Shown here one piece after another: positions 1 to 8,138 of a stretch of 64,000 bases of DNA. The notes below the pieces were generated by a model. It was not told where the DNA came from and ran no database searches. It worked only from the letters and a program-made list of their open reading frames with translations. Source of the stretch: Acidobacteriota bacterium (GTDB lineage: Bacteria; Acidobacteriota; UBA6911; JACQSX01); the NCBI GenBank assembly GCA_036507075.1, contig DASXQR010000083.1, positions 72,233 through 136,232 on the forward strand, in the 5' to 3' direction. A program made the position numbers and the translations under genes. Position 1 is the stretch's first letter. Each line of letters begins with the position of its first letter.

Positions 1-430
1 GTGCATTGAGAGATTCATATATCCCCAGCTCATCGCGCGCGTGGGCGGCAATTGCGTCGTGAGCCATGAGTTGCTCAGCAACCTGTTTCGCGAGGGGCGG
101 ATCAAGGCCGCGATCGACGTAGATTGCTGCCAATTCCTCTCGCTCGTTCTCCTCGTCAGCATCGAGTTCCCTACGCTCTCGCTCGAGGTCGGCGTGTTCG
201 GTGTCTGCCTGTGAGGAAACCGACACATACTCGCCTGCAGCCATGGACATTGCTCCAGCGACTAGACCTGCAACCCCGGCGACCAATACTTCACCACGAG
301 TCGCATGAGCGGCCGCGACACCGACCACCAGGCTCGCAGTCGACACAATACCGTCGTTTGCACCCAGCACCGCGGCCCGGAGCCAACCGATACGTTCTGT
401 GCGGTGTTTCTCCTGGTGGTGTCTAAGCAT
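1..430 (-). CDS. VIT1/CCC1-family (DUF125) iron/manganese transporter, N-terminal part; gene runs off the window start
   Basis: The minus-strand frame from ATG (cat at 428-430) reads [50 protein letters not shown]...[29 protein letters not shown], the VIT-family signature. It is absent from the ORF track because it has no stop codon inside the window. Confidence 0.6.
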   Translation of the reverse strand, partial: MLRHHQEKHRTERIGWLRAAVLGANDGIVSTASLVVGVAAAHATRGEVLVAGVAGLVAGAMSMAAGEYVSVSSQADTEHADLERERRELDADEENEREELAAIYVDRGLDPPLAKQVAEQLMAHDAIAAHARDELGIYESLNA

Positions 431-695
431 TCTGTTTCTCCCGTGCGCAAATCCCGCAGATGATTCGATCACCGCCCCCAAGAATGCGGTAGCAGATTCC
501 GCTCCTGATTTCAATGACGTGTCGAGGAAACGGATCGTCTTTGAGTTGTCGACGGGTGTCTTCGGATGCGCAGAATACCTCCATCCAGCGAAACTCACCT
601 GGCAATGAGCAACTTGCATACCAAGCCGTCCGGAAGGAATGTCGGAAATGTGGAACACCAGTTGCTTCAGATATGGATGAAAAGGGAGGTGGCTA

Positions 696-1064
696 ATGTT
701 GAACCCTCAAGAAATCGAAGAACTGAATAATCGGCTACATCAGGCAGTGTGTAACATCTGTACCGACCACAAGCCGGACGGAAGTTGCTGCTATCCCGAC
801 AGATCCAAGTCTCCCCTGTTTGCTCACGTTGAAAGGCTCGTTGATTTGGCACGCGAAGTTCACAGCGACCGGATGAAGCCGTACGTGGAGCGGCTCCGCA
901 GCGACGTCTGTACGGTCTGTAATGCGCCGCGCTGGCGCGGTAACTGTCAAGTGACCAGTGAAGGCCTCTGCGCTGTGGATGCCTATCTCCCGGTGATCAT
1001 CGAAGAGATTGAGGCATTTCTTGCCGAGAAAGGCAAAAAAGAGAGTCAGGGCTCCAGTGGGTGA
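696..1064 (+). CDS. Cys-rich hypothetical protein (122 aa; CNICTDH, CCYPD, CTVCN and further Cys)
   Basis: Strong RBS (aagGGAGGtggctaATG) and coherent ORF. The overlapping antisense ORF 735..1319 looks like a shadow ORF. Confidence 0.45.
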   Translation: MLNPQEIEELNNRLHQAVCNICTDHKPDGSCCYPDRSKSPLFAHVERLVDLAREVHSDRMKPYVERLRSDVCTVCNAPRWRGNCQVTSEGLCAVDAYLPVIIEEIEAFLAEKGKKESQGSSG

Positions 1065-1130
1065 TATTACCCACAACGCTGGGTGGGAAACACCAGGAAG
1101 AGAAGCTTGGCAGGAGGCAATTTTGGTTTT

Positions 1131-1220
1131 ATGAATCCAGCAACACTGATCGTCATTCACATCGTCGGCATATTGGGAATTTTCATTCTCGGTTACATGG
1201 TCGGCTCGCGGGATAGTTGA
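1131..1220 (+). CDS. small hydrophobic peptide (29 aa, MNPATLIVIHIVGILGIFILGYMVGSRDS), paralog of 7881..7979
   Basis: GGAGG RBS 13 nt upstream and a single TM helix. The similarity to the peptide at 7881..7979 (ATxIVIxxxG...VxSRD) argues that it is real. Confidence 0.4.
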   Translation: MNPATLIVIHIVGILGIFILGYMVGSRDS

Positions 1221-1404
1221 AGAAAATCGAAAAGCTTGAACCGCGAAGCCGCCGCGCGCGTCAGCAAGCGGACACTCGATGTGACACTTCAAATCAACGC
1301 GCAATGACCTGTCCTCCACTTTCAGACAAAACTGAAATTTATTTCATTGAGTGGTATTTGCTAGCTGGGAGTGTCCGCTTGCTCACGCGCGCGGCTCGGC
1401 TGGC

Positions 1405-1500
1405 GGCTGCGATCCCTTCCTTCCCCTTCATAACCCTTCCTTCCCCTTCATAACCCTTCTTCCCACCACCTAATCCTTCCTTCCTCTTTAATCCGGAATC
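1405..1500. repeat. CT-rich tandem repeat (ccttccttccccttcataac x2 plus degenerate copies)
   Basis: Direct repeat visible immediately 3' of the ntrC-like gene stop. Confidence 0.5.
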
Positions 1501-2858
1501 TTGTACTTCCTAACCTTATATCTCAGCGTGTCGCGCGAGATGTGGAGCAGTTTGGCTGCGTTTGTCTTGTTGCCTCGTGCCATCTGCAGCGACTGCTGGA
1601 TGAGCCGCTTTTCCACATCGTATAGAGAGGCGCCGCCCGGCGGAAGGCGCCACTCCCCATCCCCTTCTTCGCCCAGCGGGGCGTTGGCCAAAACGCGGAT
1701 CGGAAACTGTTCTACATCGAGCTGGTCAGAGTCGGCCAGTATCATGGCGCGCTCGACTGCGTTCTTCAGTTCGCGAACATTCCCCGGCCAAGAGTACTCG
1801 GCCAGTATTTTCTCGGCGCTTCGGGTGAGACCCCGGATCGATTTCTTGAAGGTGCTATTGTAGTGAGCGATGAAGTGCTTTAAAAGCACAGGTATGTCTT
1901 CTTTGCGCTCGCGCAGCGGCGGCAGGCGAATCGGGACAATCGAAAGCCGGTAAAAGAGGTCTTCCCGAAACGCCTTCTTTCTTACCATCGATTCCAGTTC
2001 TCTGTTGGAAGCGGCGACGACGCGCACGTCAATAGGGATGTCCTTGACCCCTCCGATGCGGCGCAGCGATCGATCTTCCAGGATCCGCAGCAGTTTTGAC
2101 TGCAGATGAAGCGGGAGTTCTCCGATTTCATCCAGGAAAATCGTGCCGCCATCCGCCAGCTCGAACAGTCCCTTCTTGCTGGCTCGGGCGTCGGTGAAGG
2201 CTCCCTTCTCATGCCCGAACAGCTCGCTTTCCATCAGCGTCTCGGGAAGGGCCGCGCAGTTTTGAATCACCAGCGGGTTGGAGGCGCGGCGGCTGTGATA
2301 ATGCAATGCCCTGGCGGCAAGATCTTTTCCCGTTCCGCTCTCTCCCTCAATCAGAAGGGTGTGGGTCTCGCTTGCCGCCAGCTTCCTGATCAAATCTTTG
2401 GCCTTGCGAATCTCGGGTGAGTTACCGACGATGTTCTCAATCGAGTATTCCGACTTGATCTCCGAGGTGACGCGGCCTACCGCCGCTCTCAGGTGCTGCG
2501 CTTCGAGCGCGTTCTTCAGTGTGTTCTCGAGCCGCTCGAAGTTGATCGGTTTCTCCAGGAAATCAAAAGCTCCGAGCTGCAAGGCGCGCACGGCGTCCTC
2601 GACGGAACCATGCCCGGTAATCATCACAACGGGGAGGTCGGGCCACTGTTTTTTGATCTTGATGAGCAATTCCAGGCCGCGCAGGTCAGGCAGGCGCATA
2701 TCCAGTGTGAGACCATCGACGGGTTGTGCTTCCAAAGTCTGCAGAGCCGCAACGCCGCTTTCCGCCTCCAAAACGCCATAGCTCCACGATTCCAGTTTCT
2801 GCCGGAGCGACCAGCGCAAGAGCCGCTCGTCGTCAACAATCAATATTGTCTTTGCCAT
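1488..2858 (-). CDS. sigma-54-dependent response regulator, NtrC family (REC + AAA+ GESGTGK + Fis-type HTH)
   Basis: Receiver [11 protein letters not shown]..., Walker [22 protein letters not shown] motif and C-terminal HTH. Start taken at MAKTILIV (cat 2856-2858) with an AAGGGA RBS. Confidence 0.85.
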   Translation of the reverse strand: MAKTILIVDDERLLRWSLRQKLESWSYGVLEAESGVAALQTLEAQPVDGLTLDMRLPDLRGLELLIKIKKQWPDLPVVMITGHGSVEDAVRALQLGAFDFLEKPINFERLENTLKNALEAQHLRAAVGRVTSEIKSEYSIENIVGNSPEIRKAKDLIRKLAASETHTLLIEGESGTGKDLAARALHYHSRRASNPLVIQNCAALPETLMESELFGHEKGAFTDARASKKGLFELADGGTIFLDEIGELPLHLQSKLLRILEDRSLRRIGGVKDIPIDVRVVAASNRELESMVRKKAFREDLFYRLSIVPIRLPPLRERKEDIPVLLKHFIAHYNSTFKKSIRGLTRSAEKILAEYSWPGNVRELKNAVERAMILADSDQLDVEQFPIRVLANAPLGEEGDGEWRLPPGGASLYDVEKRLIQQSLQMARGNKTNAAKLLHISRDTLRYKVRKYKIPD

Positions 2859-2862
2859 TGGC

Positions 2863-3540
2863 TTATCCCTTGACCAGAGTGATTTCAAATCCCTTCCGGC
2901 CGGGTAGCACTCGAATCGAGCCCTTCATAGCTGCCAGCCGGCGCGCCACAATGCACAAACCCAACCCGGCCCGGCCTGAAACGGTTGAGAAGAAGGGCCG
3001 GAACAGGTTTGAAACAACCTCTGGTTCCATCACGCGCCTTTTGTTCCGAATCTCTATTTGTACCTTATTCCCTCCAGAGTTGACTCGTAACTGCACGGGT
3101 CCTCCACCATGCTCGACGCCGTTTTGCAGCAGCTCGAAAAGCACAGATTGCAACATTGCAGCGTCGCATCGGAGCTGCAGAGATGCAGGAAGGCGCGACA
3201 CTCGAATATTTTCTGCGCCATCGGGAAGCATTTCGCGGACCGCGTCCACCACAACGTCCAAGAAAACCGGTTCCATGTTAGGTGCCGGCTCAGTCGTAAA
3301 ATCGAGAAACTGTTGCAAGACGCGGTCCACTTTCCGGATCTCCGCATCTATCTCGAAAGTGATCTCTCGGCCTTCGTTCGAGAAGTGTTCGGTATCCCGG
3401 AGCACTTCGACGGCCGCCTTGACTGCCGCAAGCGGACTGCGAATCTCATGAGCCAGTCCTGCTGCCATTTCTCGGTCCACCAGCCGGGATTTGCGTGTTC
3501 TCTTCCTTCCAGCGGATAACGGGTCGACCCGTCCTCTCAT
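2863..3540 (-). CDS. histidine kinase core (DHp + HATPase_c only, no sensor domain)
   Basis: The H-box AGLAHEIRSPLAAV sits within 30 aa of the N-terminus. The GLGL ATP-lid motif is present. The gene lies directly upstream of ntrC with a 4-nt gap. Confidence 0.75.
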   Translation of the reverse strand: MRGRVDPLSAGRKRTRKSRLVDREMAAGLAHEIRSPLAAVKAAVEVLRDTEHFSNEGREITFEIDAEIRKVDRVLQQFLDFTTEPAPNMEPVFLDVVVDAVREMLPDGAENIRVSRLPASLQLRCDAAMLQSVLFELLQNGVEHGGGPVQLRVNSGGNKVQIEIRNKRRVMEPEVVSNLFRPFFSTVSGRAGLGLCIVARRLAAMKGSIRVLPGRKGFEITLVKG

Positions 3541-3633
3541 CGGCCCATCTTAACAACTCCGGCGGCGGCTCCTGTACGTTTTTGGGTGTTTTGAACGATG
3601 CGCAGTCCTCCCCGCAGCGAACATCACCTAACT

Positions 3634-3789
3634 CAGTACCGCGGGCGTCAGCCTGCGCCAGGAGGACGAAACTATCTCCGCCAACGTCAGAACCGCGGGC
3701 GTCAGCCCGCGTCGAAACGCAAGAAATCTGAACCAATTTTATCTTGATGATTAAGCGCGGGCTGACACCGGCGGTACTGACTTGGGTAA
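3634..3789. promoter_or_regulatory. dyad/direct repeat set in the divergent promoter region (cagtaccgcgggcgtcagcc ... gtcagaaccgcgggcgtcagcc ... ggctgacaccggcggtactg)
   Basis: The 20-nt arms match 17/20 in inverted orientation and lie about 115 nt apart, with a third direct copy between them. This is a candidate regulator or enhancer-binding site between the HK core operon and the globin-coupled HK operon. Confidence 0.35.
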
Positions 3790-3818
3790 ATACCGCTAAG
3801 TGTTAGAATCGCATCCGC

Positions 3819-5063
3819 ATGAACACGGAAATGGTGACTTTTTACGAAATCAAGAACTACCTCCATTTCTCTGAGCTGGATATTGACACCCTTAAACAGC
3901 TCGGTCCCATGTTCCGTCCGCATTTGAAGGAAATGGCAGATCGTTTTTATGCGGAGATTCCTGACCATCCGGATGCCTATAAGGTATTCAGCGGTCCTGC
4001 GCAAATTGAAAGGCTGAAGGAATCGCTGCAGGTGTGGGGCGCCGGTTTGTTCTCCGGAGATTACGGCGAGGATTACGCGCGGCAACGCTATCAGATCGGC
4101 TATACGCACGTGCGCATCCAGCTTGCGCAAAAATATGTCATCAGCGCCATGGCAGTAGTGCGCGAGTTCCTGCATGAAAAAATAAACGAGCAGGTCGATG
4201 ACGCGCTCCTTCGCATGCAAGCTCATATCAGTATCGACAAAGTTCTGGATCTGGATCTGAACCTGATGTGCGAGGCCTACTTCGCAGCCAGCCTGCAGGC
4301 GCTGACCGATATCAACCGTCGGCTGGAAGAAATGAATCAGAAGCTGCGTGAATCCAGCCAGGTGAAAAGTGAATTCCTGGCCAGGACATCGCACGAATTG
4401 CGTACCCCTCTAAGCTCGATACTCGGTTTTATCCGGCTTGTGCTGGACGGCCTTTGTGAGACACGGGAAGAGGAAATGGATTTGCTTAACGATGCGTTTC
4501 AAGCCGCCGAGCATCTGCTTTCCATTGTCAACGACTTGCTGGACGTGGCGCGCATTGAAGCCGGCAAGCTGCAGGTTCAGGGCAGGCCTGTGGACCTTCG
4601 ACCCATCCTGGACCAGGTTATTTCGCTGACTGCATTGCAGGCCCAGCAGAAAGGCATCAAGTTGTTAGATGAAACGCACGATAAAGACCTGCCAAGAGTC
4701 TGGGCCGATCCGGAACGCTTGAAACAGGTAATCATCAACATTGTCGGAAATGCAGTTAAATTTACAGACTATGGCTATGTAACCGTGCGTGCTCGATCGG
4801 ATGATTCCTTCGTGCGTTTTGAAGTGATTGATACAGGGATTGGCATCGAAAGAGAGAGGCAGAGGGAGCTGTTCGAAAAATTCAAGCAGGTCGACAGTTC
4901 GCTGACACGCAGGCACGGCGGGAGCGGGTTGGGACTGGCCATCAGCAAGCATTTGATAGAAACAATGGGCGGAGCGATCGAATTGTATAGCGAGGGCTTA
5001 GGCCGCGGGACCCACCTGCACTTCACCGTTCCTGTTTGGCGAGAGCCTTCGGATGACAAATGA
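3819..5063 (+). CDS. globin-coupled sensor histidine kinase (N-terminal protoglobin-like sensor + HisKA + HATPase_c)
   Basis: HisKA SHELRTPLSSILGF and HATPase motifs DTGIGI and GGSGLGLAI. The N-terminal 150 aa (...YARQRYQIGYTHVRIQLAQKYVISAM...) resembles globin-coupled sensor domains. Confidence 0.6.
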   Translation: MNTEMVTFYEIKNYLHFSELDIDTLKQLGPMFRPHLKEMADRFYAEIPDHPDAYKVFSGPAQIERLKESLQVWGAGLFSGDYGEDYARQRYQIGYTHVRIQLAQKYVISAMAVVREFLHEKINEQVDDALLRMQAHISIDKVLDLDLNLMCEAYFAASLQALTDINRRLEEMNQKLRESSQVKSEFLARTSHELRTPLSSILGFIRLVLDGLCETREEEMDLLNDAFQAAEHLLSIVNDLLDVARIEAGKLQVQGRPVDLRPILDQVISLTALQAQQKGIKLLDETHDKDLPRVWADPERLKQVIINIVGNAVKFTDYGYVTVRARSDDSFVRFEVIDTGIGIERERQRELFEKFKQVDSSLTRRHGGSGLGLAISKHLIETMGGAIELYSEGLGRGTHLHFTVPVWREPSDDK

Positions 5064-5470
5064 AAACAGTGCTGGTAGTCGAAGACAACCCGCTGATCCT
5101 GAAGTTCTATCGCATGGCTCTGGAGCGTCAGGGTGGATTTAGAGTGCGCACCACCGAGAATGTAAACGAGATAGTTACCCTGGCGCGGTCCAAGAGTGTG
5201 GACGCCGTGATTCTGGACATCTCGCTTTCCAATGCCGAGTATCAGGGTAAGAAAATCGATGGCATCCAAATCGCGAGGATCTTACGCGAGGATCCCGCGT
5301 CTGCTGATATTCCGATCCTGGTGATTACTGCGCATGCGATGGAAGGAGACCGCGAGCGCATTATTCTGGCCACCGGCGCCGACGATTATCTGCAGAAGCC
5401 GATCTACGACACACAGAAACTGGTGGCGAAAATCAATGAGTTGATCCGTTCGCGCAACGAGCAGCCTTAA
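5060..5470 (+). CDS. single-domain response regulator (CheY-like receiver)
   Basis: MKTVLVVEDNPLIL...DAVILDISL...; its ATG overlaps the stop of the globin-coupled kinase (ATGA). Confidence 0.8.
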   Translation: MKTVLVVEDNPLILKFYRMALERQGGFRVRTTENVNEIVTLARSKSVDAVILDISLSNAEYQGKKIDGIQIARILREDPASADIPILVITAHAMEGDRERIILATGADDYLQKPIYDTQKLVAKINELIRSRNEQP

Positions 5471-5670
5471 AGCACTCCACGCGAGTGTAAATCAAGGATG
5501 ACGTAGGCAAGGTACAACACAAGCCCGGCGATGCCGCAAGTCAGGCCAAGTCCCAGGAACAGCGTGACGGTGCGTGGCGTGAACCAGATCAGGGACACAA
5601 CCATGGTGGCCAGGGCGATCGTGATCAGGATGGCTGAGATTTGCAAGGTAACGGCAGTTAAGGTTTTCAT
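5467..5670 (-). CDS. small membrane protein (~67 aa, 2 TM), co-transcribed downstream of napC/nrfH-like gene
   Basis: MKTLTAVTLQISAILITIALATMVVSLIWF...; its start overlaps the stop of the cytochrome gene. Confidence 0.35.
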   Translation of the reverse strand: MKTLTAVTLQISAILITIALATMVVSLIWFTPRTVTLFLGLGLTCGIAGLVLYLAYVILDLHSRGVL

Positions 5671-6353
5671 CGGTTCTGCGCCTGTTTTTGCTCTGGATGC
5701 ACCGGTCCGTGACATTGCAGGCAGTCGGTCTCTTTAGCGGCAATCTGCTTTTGCAGATCTGCGTCATGTTTCTCCAGAAAACGTCGAGATTCTCCGTGGC
5801 AGTGGAGGCAATTCTGGAAATTGTAGGTCCCGCGTAACTTAATGGGGAGCCCGTAAGTGCCGGTTTCGTACTTCCAAACATGCCGAATCCCCGCCATTTT
5901 CGCTTTCACGGGACCGAATACTGTGTAATCGGTATGGCACGAGTAGCACTGATTTTCGAGAATGAACCGATTCTGATAGTGCCTGGAAGCCAGCGTTTCG
6001 CTTTTGGGGTTTTTCAGGTCATTAATAAACGGCCCCATTACATGACATGAACCGCAGAACTCCGGGCTCTTGGCGTTCTCCATTGTCGTATGTGCGCCCA
6101 GCCACAGTGACAGTGTAGGAAACACCGCAACTCCAAATAGAAGAAGCCAGTGTCGCTCGGGCGAATTGGGCCTTTTTGCCACTCGCACCATCCCCACCAG
6201 AATCGCCAGCGAGACCAAGCCCACTACCAGAGAGATGGAATGCAGGTTGAGAGTAGTCATAAGGAAATGGCAGCAGTTTTCGGACCAGATTCTCACTGGC
6301 ACTCGGTCTTTATTCGAAACGGCGGAGTTACTCGGCGGTTCTACCTGCTTCAC
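5667..6353 (-). CDS. NapC/NirT/NrfH-family membrane tetraheme cytochrome c
   Basis: Four CxxCH motifs (CGSCH, CYSCH, CLHCH, CLQCH) follow an N-terminal TM helix. The true start may be the internal Met (MTTLNL...). Confidence 0.8.
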   Translation of the reverse strand: MKQVEPPSNSAVSNKDRVPVRIWSENCCHFLMTTLNLHSISLVVGLVSLAILVGMVRVAKRPNSPERHWLLLFGVAVFPTLSLWLGAHTTMENAKSPEFCGSCHVMGPFINDLKNPKSETLASRHYQNRFILENQCYSCHTDYTVFGPVKAKMAGIRHVWKYETGTYGLPIKLRGTYNFQNCLHCHGESRRFLEKHDADLQKQIAAKETDCLQCHGPVHPEQKQAQNR

Positions 6354-6736
6354 AATCTGACGTCTGGGATGATTATCTTCAGTTTCCCATTGCTGGCCAA
6401 CGGTTAATGTAGTCTCTGGTCAGGGTTTCTTCACTACAGCGAAAAACTTCGCGCGCTCATGGGGCCAATCGGGCACGGTCGCATGCGTTGGCCGCCGCGT
6501 TCTCCCGAGCGGGTCTTTTCGCGCAGAGTCTGGGTGAATTGCCAAAATGGACGGCTGTCAGGATTCACTTTTCTGAAAGCTTTGGCCCCCTTGCCGGCTG
6601 GGCCGAGTGCCGAATTGCGAGTTTAGGTGCTTCCACACTCGTCGAGCACTGGCCGCCCATGGCTTCTATCGCCCTCTGCGTTTTCCGCAATGCGCAATTA
6701 CTCCCACTGGTGTGAGAAAACACGCGGTTTTTTTTG

Positions 6737-6752
6737 AGCTAAAAAAGTGCCA
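6737..6752 (-). promoter_or_regulatory. candidate sigma-54 promoter (TGGCAC-N5-TAGC) pointing toward the napC/nrfH-like gene
   Basis: The minus strand reads TGGCACtttttTAGCT with correct GG/GC spacing. An NtrC-type activator is encoded nearby. It lies about 390 nt upstream of the start codon. Confidence 0.25.
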
Positions 6753-6974
6753 GGCACCACCCACAATTTCCCGGTGCCGATGATGATCTGTTTTCAGTCA
6801 GTTAGTCAGCCCGGGCGGAGGTCGATTCTGTGGTCGCTTCTGGCACATGAGTTGCTCTCTAAAAAGTGGCTAGTGAATCTGCTTCACAGCAGAGGCGTAA
6901 TGAACGCAAAGTTTCCGCTGAGCTTGCGATGGAAACTCTGCGGAAACTCTGCGCTCTTCACACGTGAAGGACAT

Positions 6975-7125
6975 GTGCACCTCTGAGGCCGCTTCCAGCG
7001 GCCTTTCCCGCAGGGGTTTCAGCCCCGGCCTTCCCAGGCCGGGGGTTAAACGCGACCTAAAATTATCCGAGGCCGTTTTAACGGCCTTTTTCCTTCTGTC
7101 CGCCGGCCTTGAGGCCGGCCGACTG
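6975..7125 (+). other. cluster of four GC-rich stem-loops, one followed by a T-run (terminator-like or structured RNA)
   Basis: Hairpins aggccgc-ttccag-cggcct, ccccggcc-ttcccag-gccgggg, aggccgtt-tt-aacggcct+ttttt and cggcc-ttga-ggccg lie inside a 1.5-kb gene-free region. Confidence 0.3.
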
Positions 7126-7276
7126 CTCCGTCGGATCCTGGGTGCATTCCAATCTACGGATCAAAGTGCCTTGAGCATGGTGTTCTTTTTTCCTCCGGAT
7201 GTAGTCACAAACAACAGATTGATCCATAGAATCTGCAGCGGCGTGAAGCTGGTTTCCCGCATTTCGGACGAATCTA

Positions 7277-7400
7277 TGACCTGAAAAAGGTCCTGAAATC
7301 ACTTCCTCGACCGGTGCTTATTGGCCCCGCTGCGTTAGGCGGGTTTTCTTGAGCGTTAAGTGCGCCTTTTCATCCATCCTGAAGGCAAATTACGCGCGTT
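7277..7400. repeat. ~124-bp intergenic repeat, copy 1 (about 85% identical to 9421..9544)
   Basis: Direct alignment: ...cttattggccccgctgcgttaggcgggttttcttgagcgttaagtgcgccttttca... Confidence 0.6.
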
Positions 7401-7401
7401 G

Positions 7402-7452
7402 GGACTGCAACATCAGCACCACCAAGGACCAGAAGCATGGATCCGATGTCGA
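7402..7452. repeat. 51-bp segment about 90% identical to the 3' coding end of narK (15773..15823)
   Basis: ggactgcaacatcagcaccaccaaggaccagaagcatggatccgatgtcga aligns with ggactgcaacatcaacaccggcaaggaccagaaacatggatccgatgtcgg. The segment is absent from repeat copy 2, so it looks like an insertion. Confidence 0.6.
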
Positions 7453-7880
7453 CCCGTTGAAAGCGGCGACAGTCCTGGCGAGGACTGCCATGACTTCAGA
7501 CGTAAAGCCGGAAACCCTCGAGGCGCAGATCAGAGCCGAAATTGCCAATTAATTTGAATTGCCGGCGGGGCGGCGACGAGTAACGAGACAGAGTCGATCT
7601 CCCCTTGATTCGTATCAGCTGACGGAACGCTCGGAGAAATATGACCGGCTTTCCCAACGAATGTTCTTCTGATAAAGTTGATGATCATGATGCCTTCTTG
7701 TGTTGCTTGGCGTAAGAAACATCTAGGCCTTAGCGCTGAGAACACGGACCCTCCTTCGGCCGAACCGACGCCTTTTTAGTCTCCTTTTACTTTCAGCTTT
7801 AGTTGAACTTATTTCTGGCGCAGCAGCCGTTTTCCAGTCTCATACCCGGCCGAGGTGCCTGGAGAGTTGTGGAGGATTCC

Positions 7881-7979
7881 GTGGATCTAGCAACGATAAT
7901 TGTGATCGTTCTTGGCGTTGCCTTTCTTTGCTTTGTGTTTTGGCTCGCGACTGTGAGCAGGAGGGATCCGAAGCAATAA
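7881..7979 (+). CDS. small hydrophobic peptide (32 aa, VDLATIIVIVLGVAFLCFVFWLATVSRRDPKQ), paralog of 1131..1220
   Basis: GTG start with a GGAGG RBS 6 nt upstream, a single TM helix, and a conserved ATxIVI...V(G)SR(R)D pattern shared with the peptide at 1131..1220. Confidence 0.4.
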   Translation: MDLATIIVIVLGVAFLCFVFWLATVSRRDPKQ

Positions 7980-8138
7980 GGAATAAAGCGAGAACACTCC
8001 GGCAGTATCTGTGAGAAAACTCAAGAGGGACCAGCCTGCTATGACCTGTCAGCCTGATCCCCGAGGTTGGTGAATGTTTACGTTTATCGAAGAGCAGGGA
8101 AAAGAGGCACACTGCAATCGTCCCCAAAGTATCAAAAA

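Noticed and set aside
735-1319. 194-aa minus-strand ORF overlapping the Cys-rich ORF and the small peptide
   Set aside because: Its composition looks like a GC-rich antisense shadow ORF. It has no RBS. The plus-strand ORFs have strong Shine-Dalgarno sequences.
3780-3818. Sigma-54 promoter directly upstream of the globin-coupled HK (TGGGTAAATACCGCT)
   Set aside because: The GG/GC spacing is off by one and the -12 element is poor.
7349-7552. 67-aa ORF inside repeat copy 1 (MSVKCAFSS...)
   Set aside because: The corresponding frame in copy 2 gives a different length. The substitutions are mostly non-synonymous. So the conservation is at the DNA level, not the protein level.
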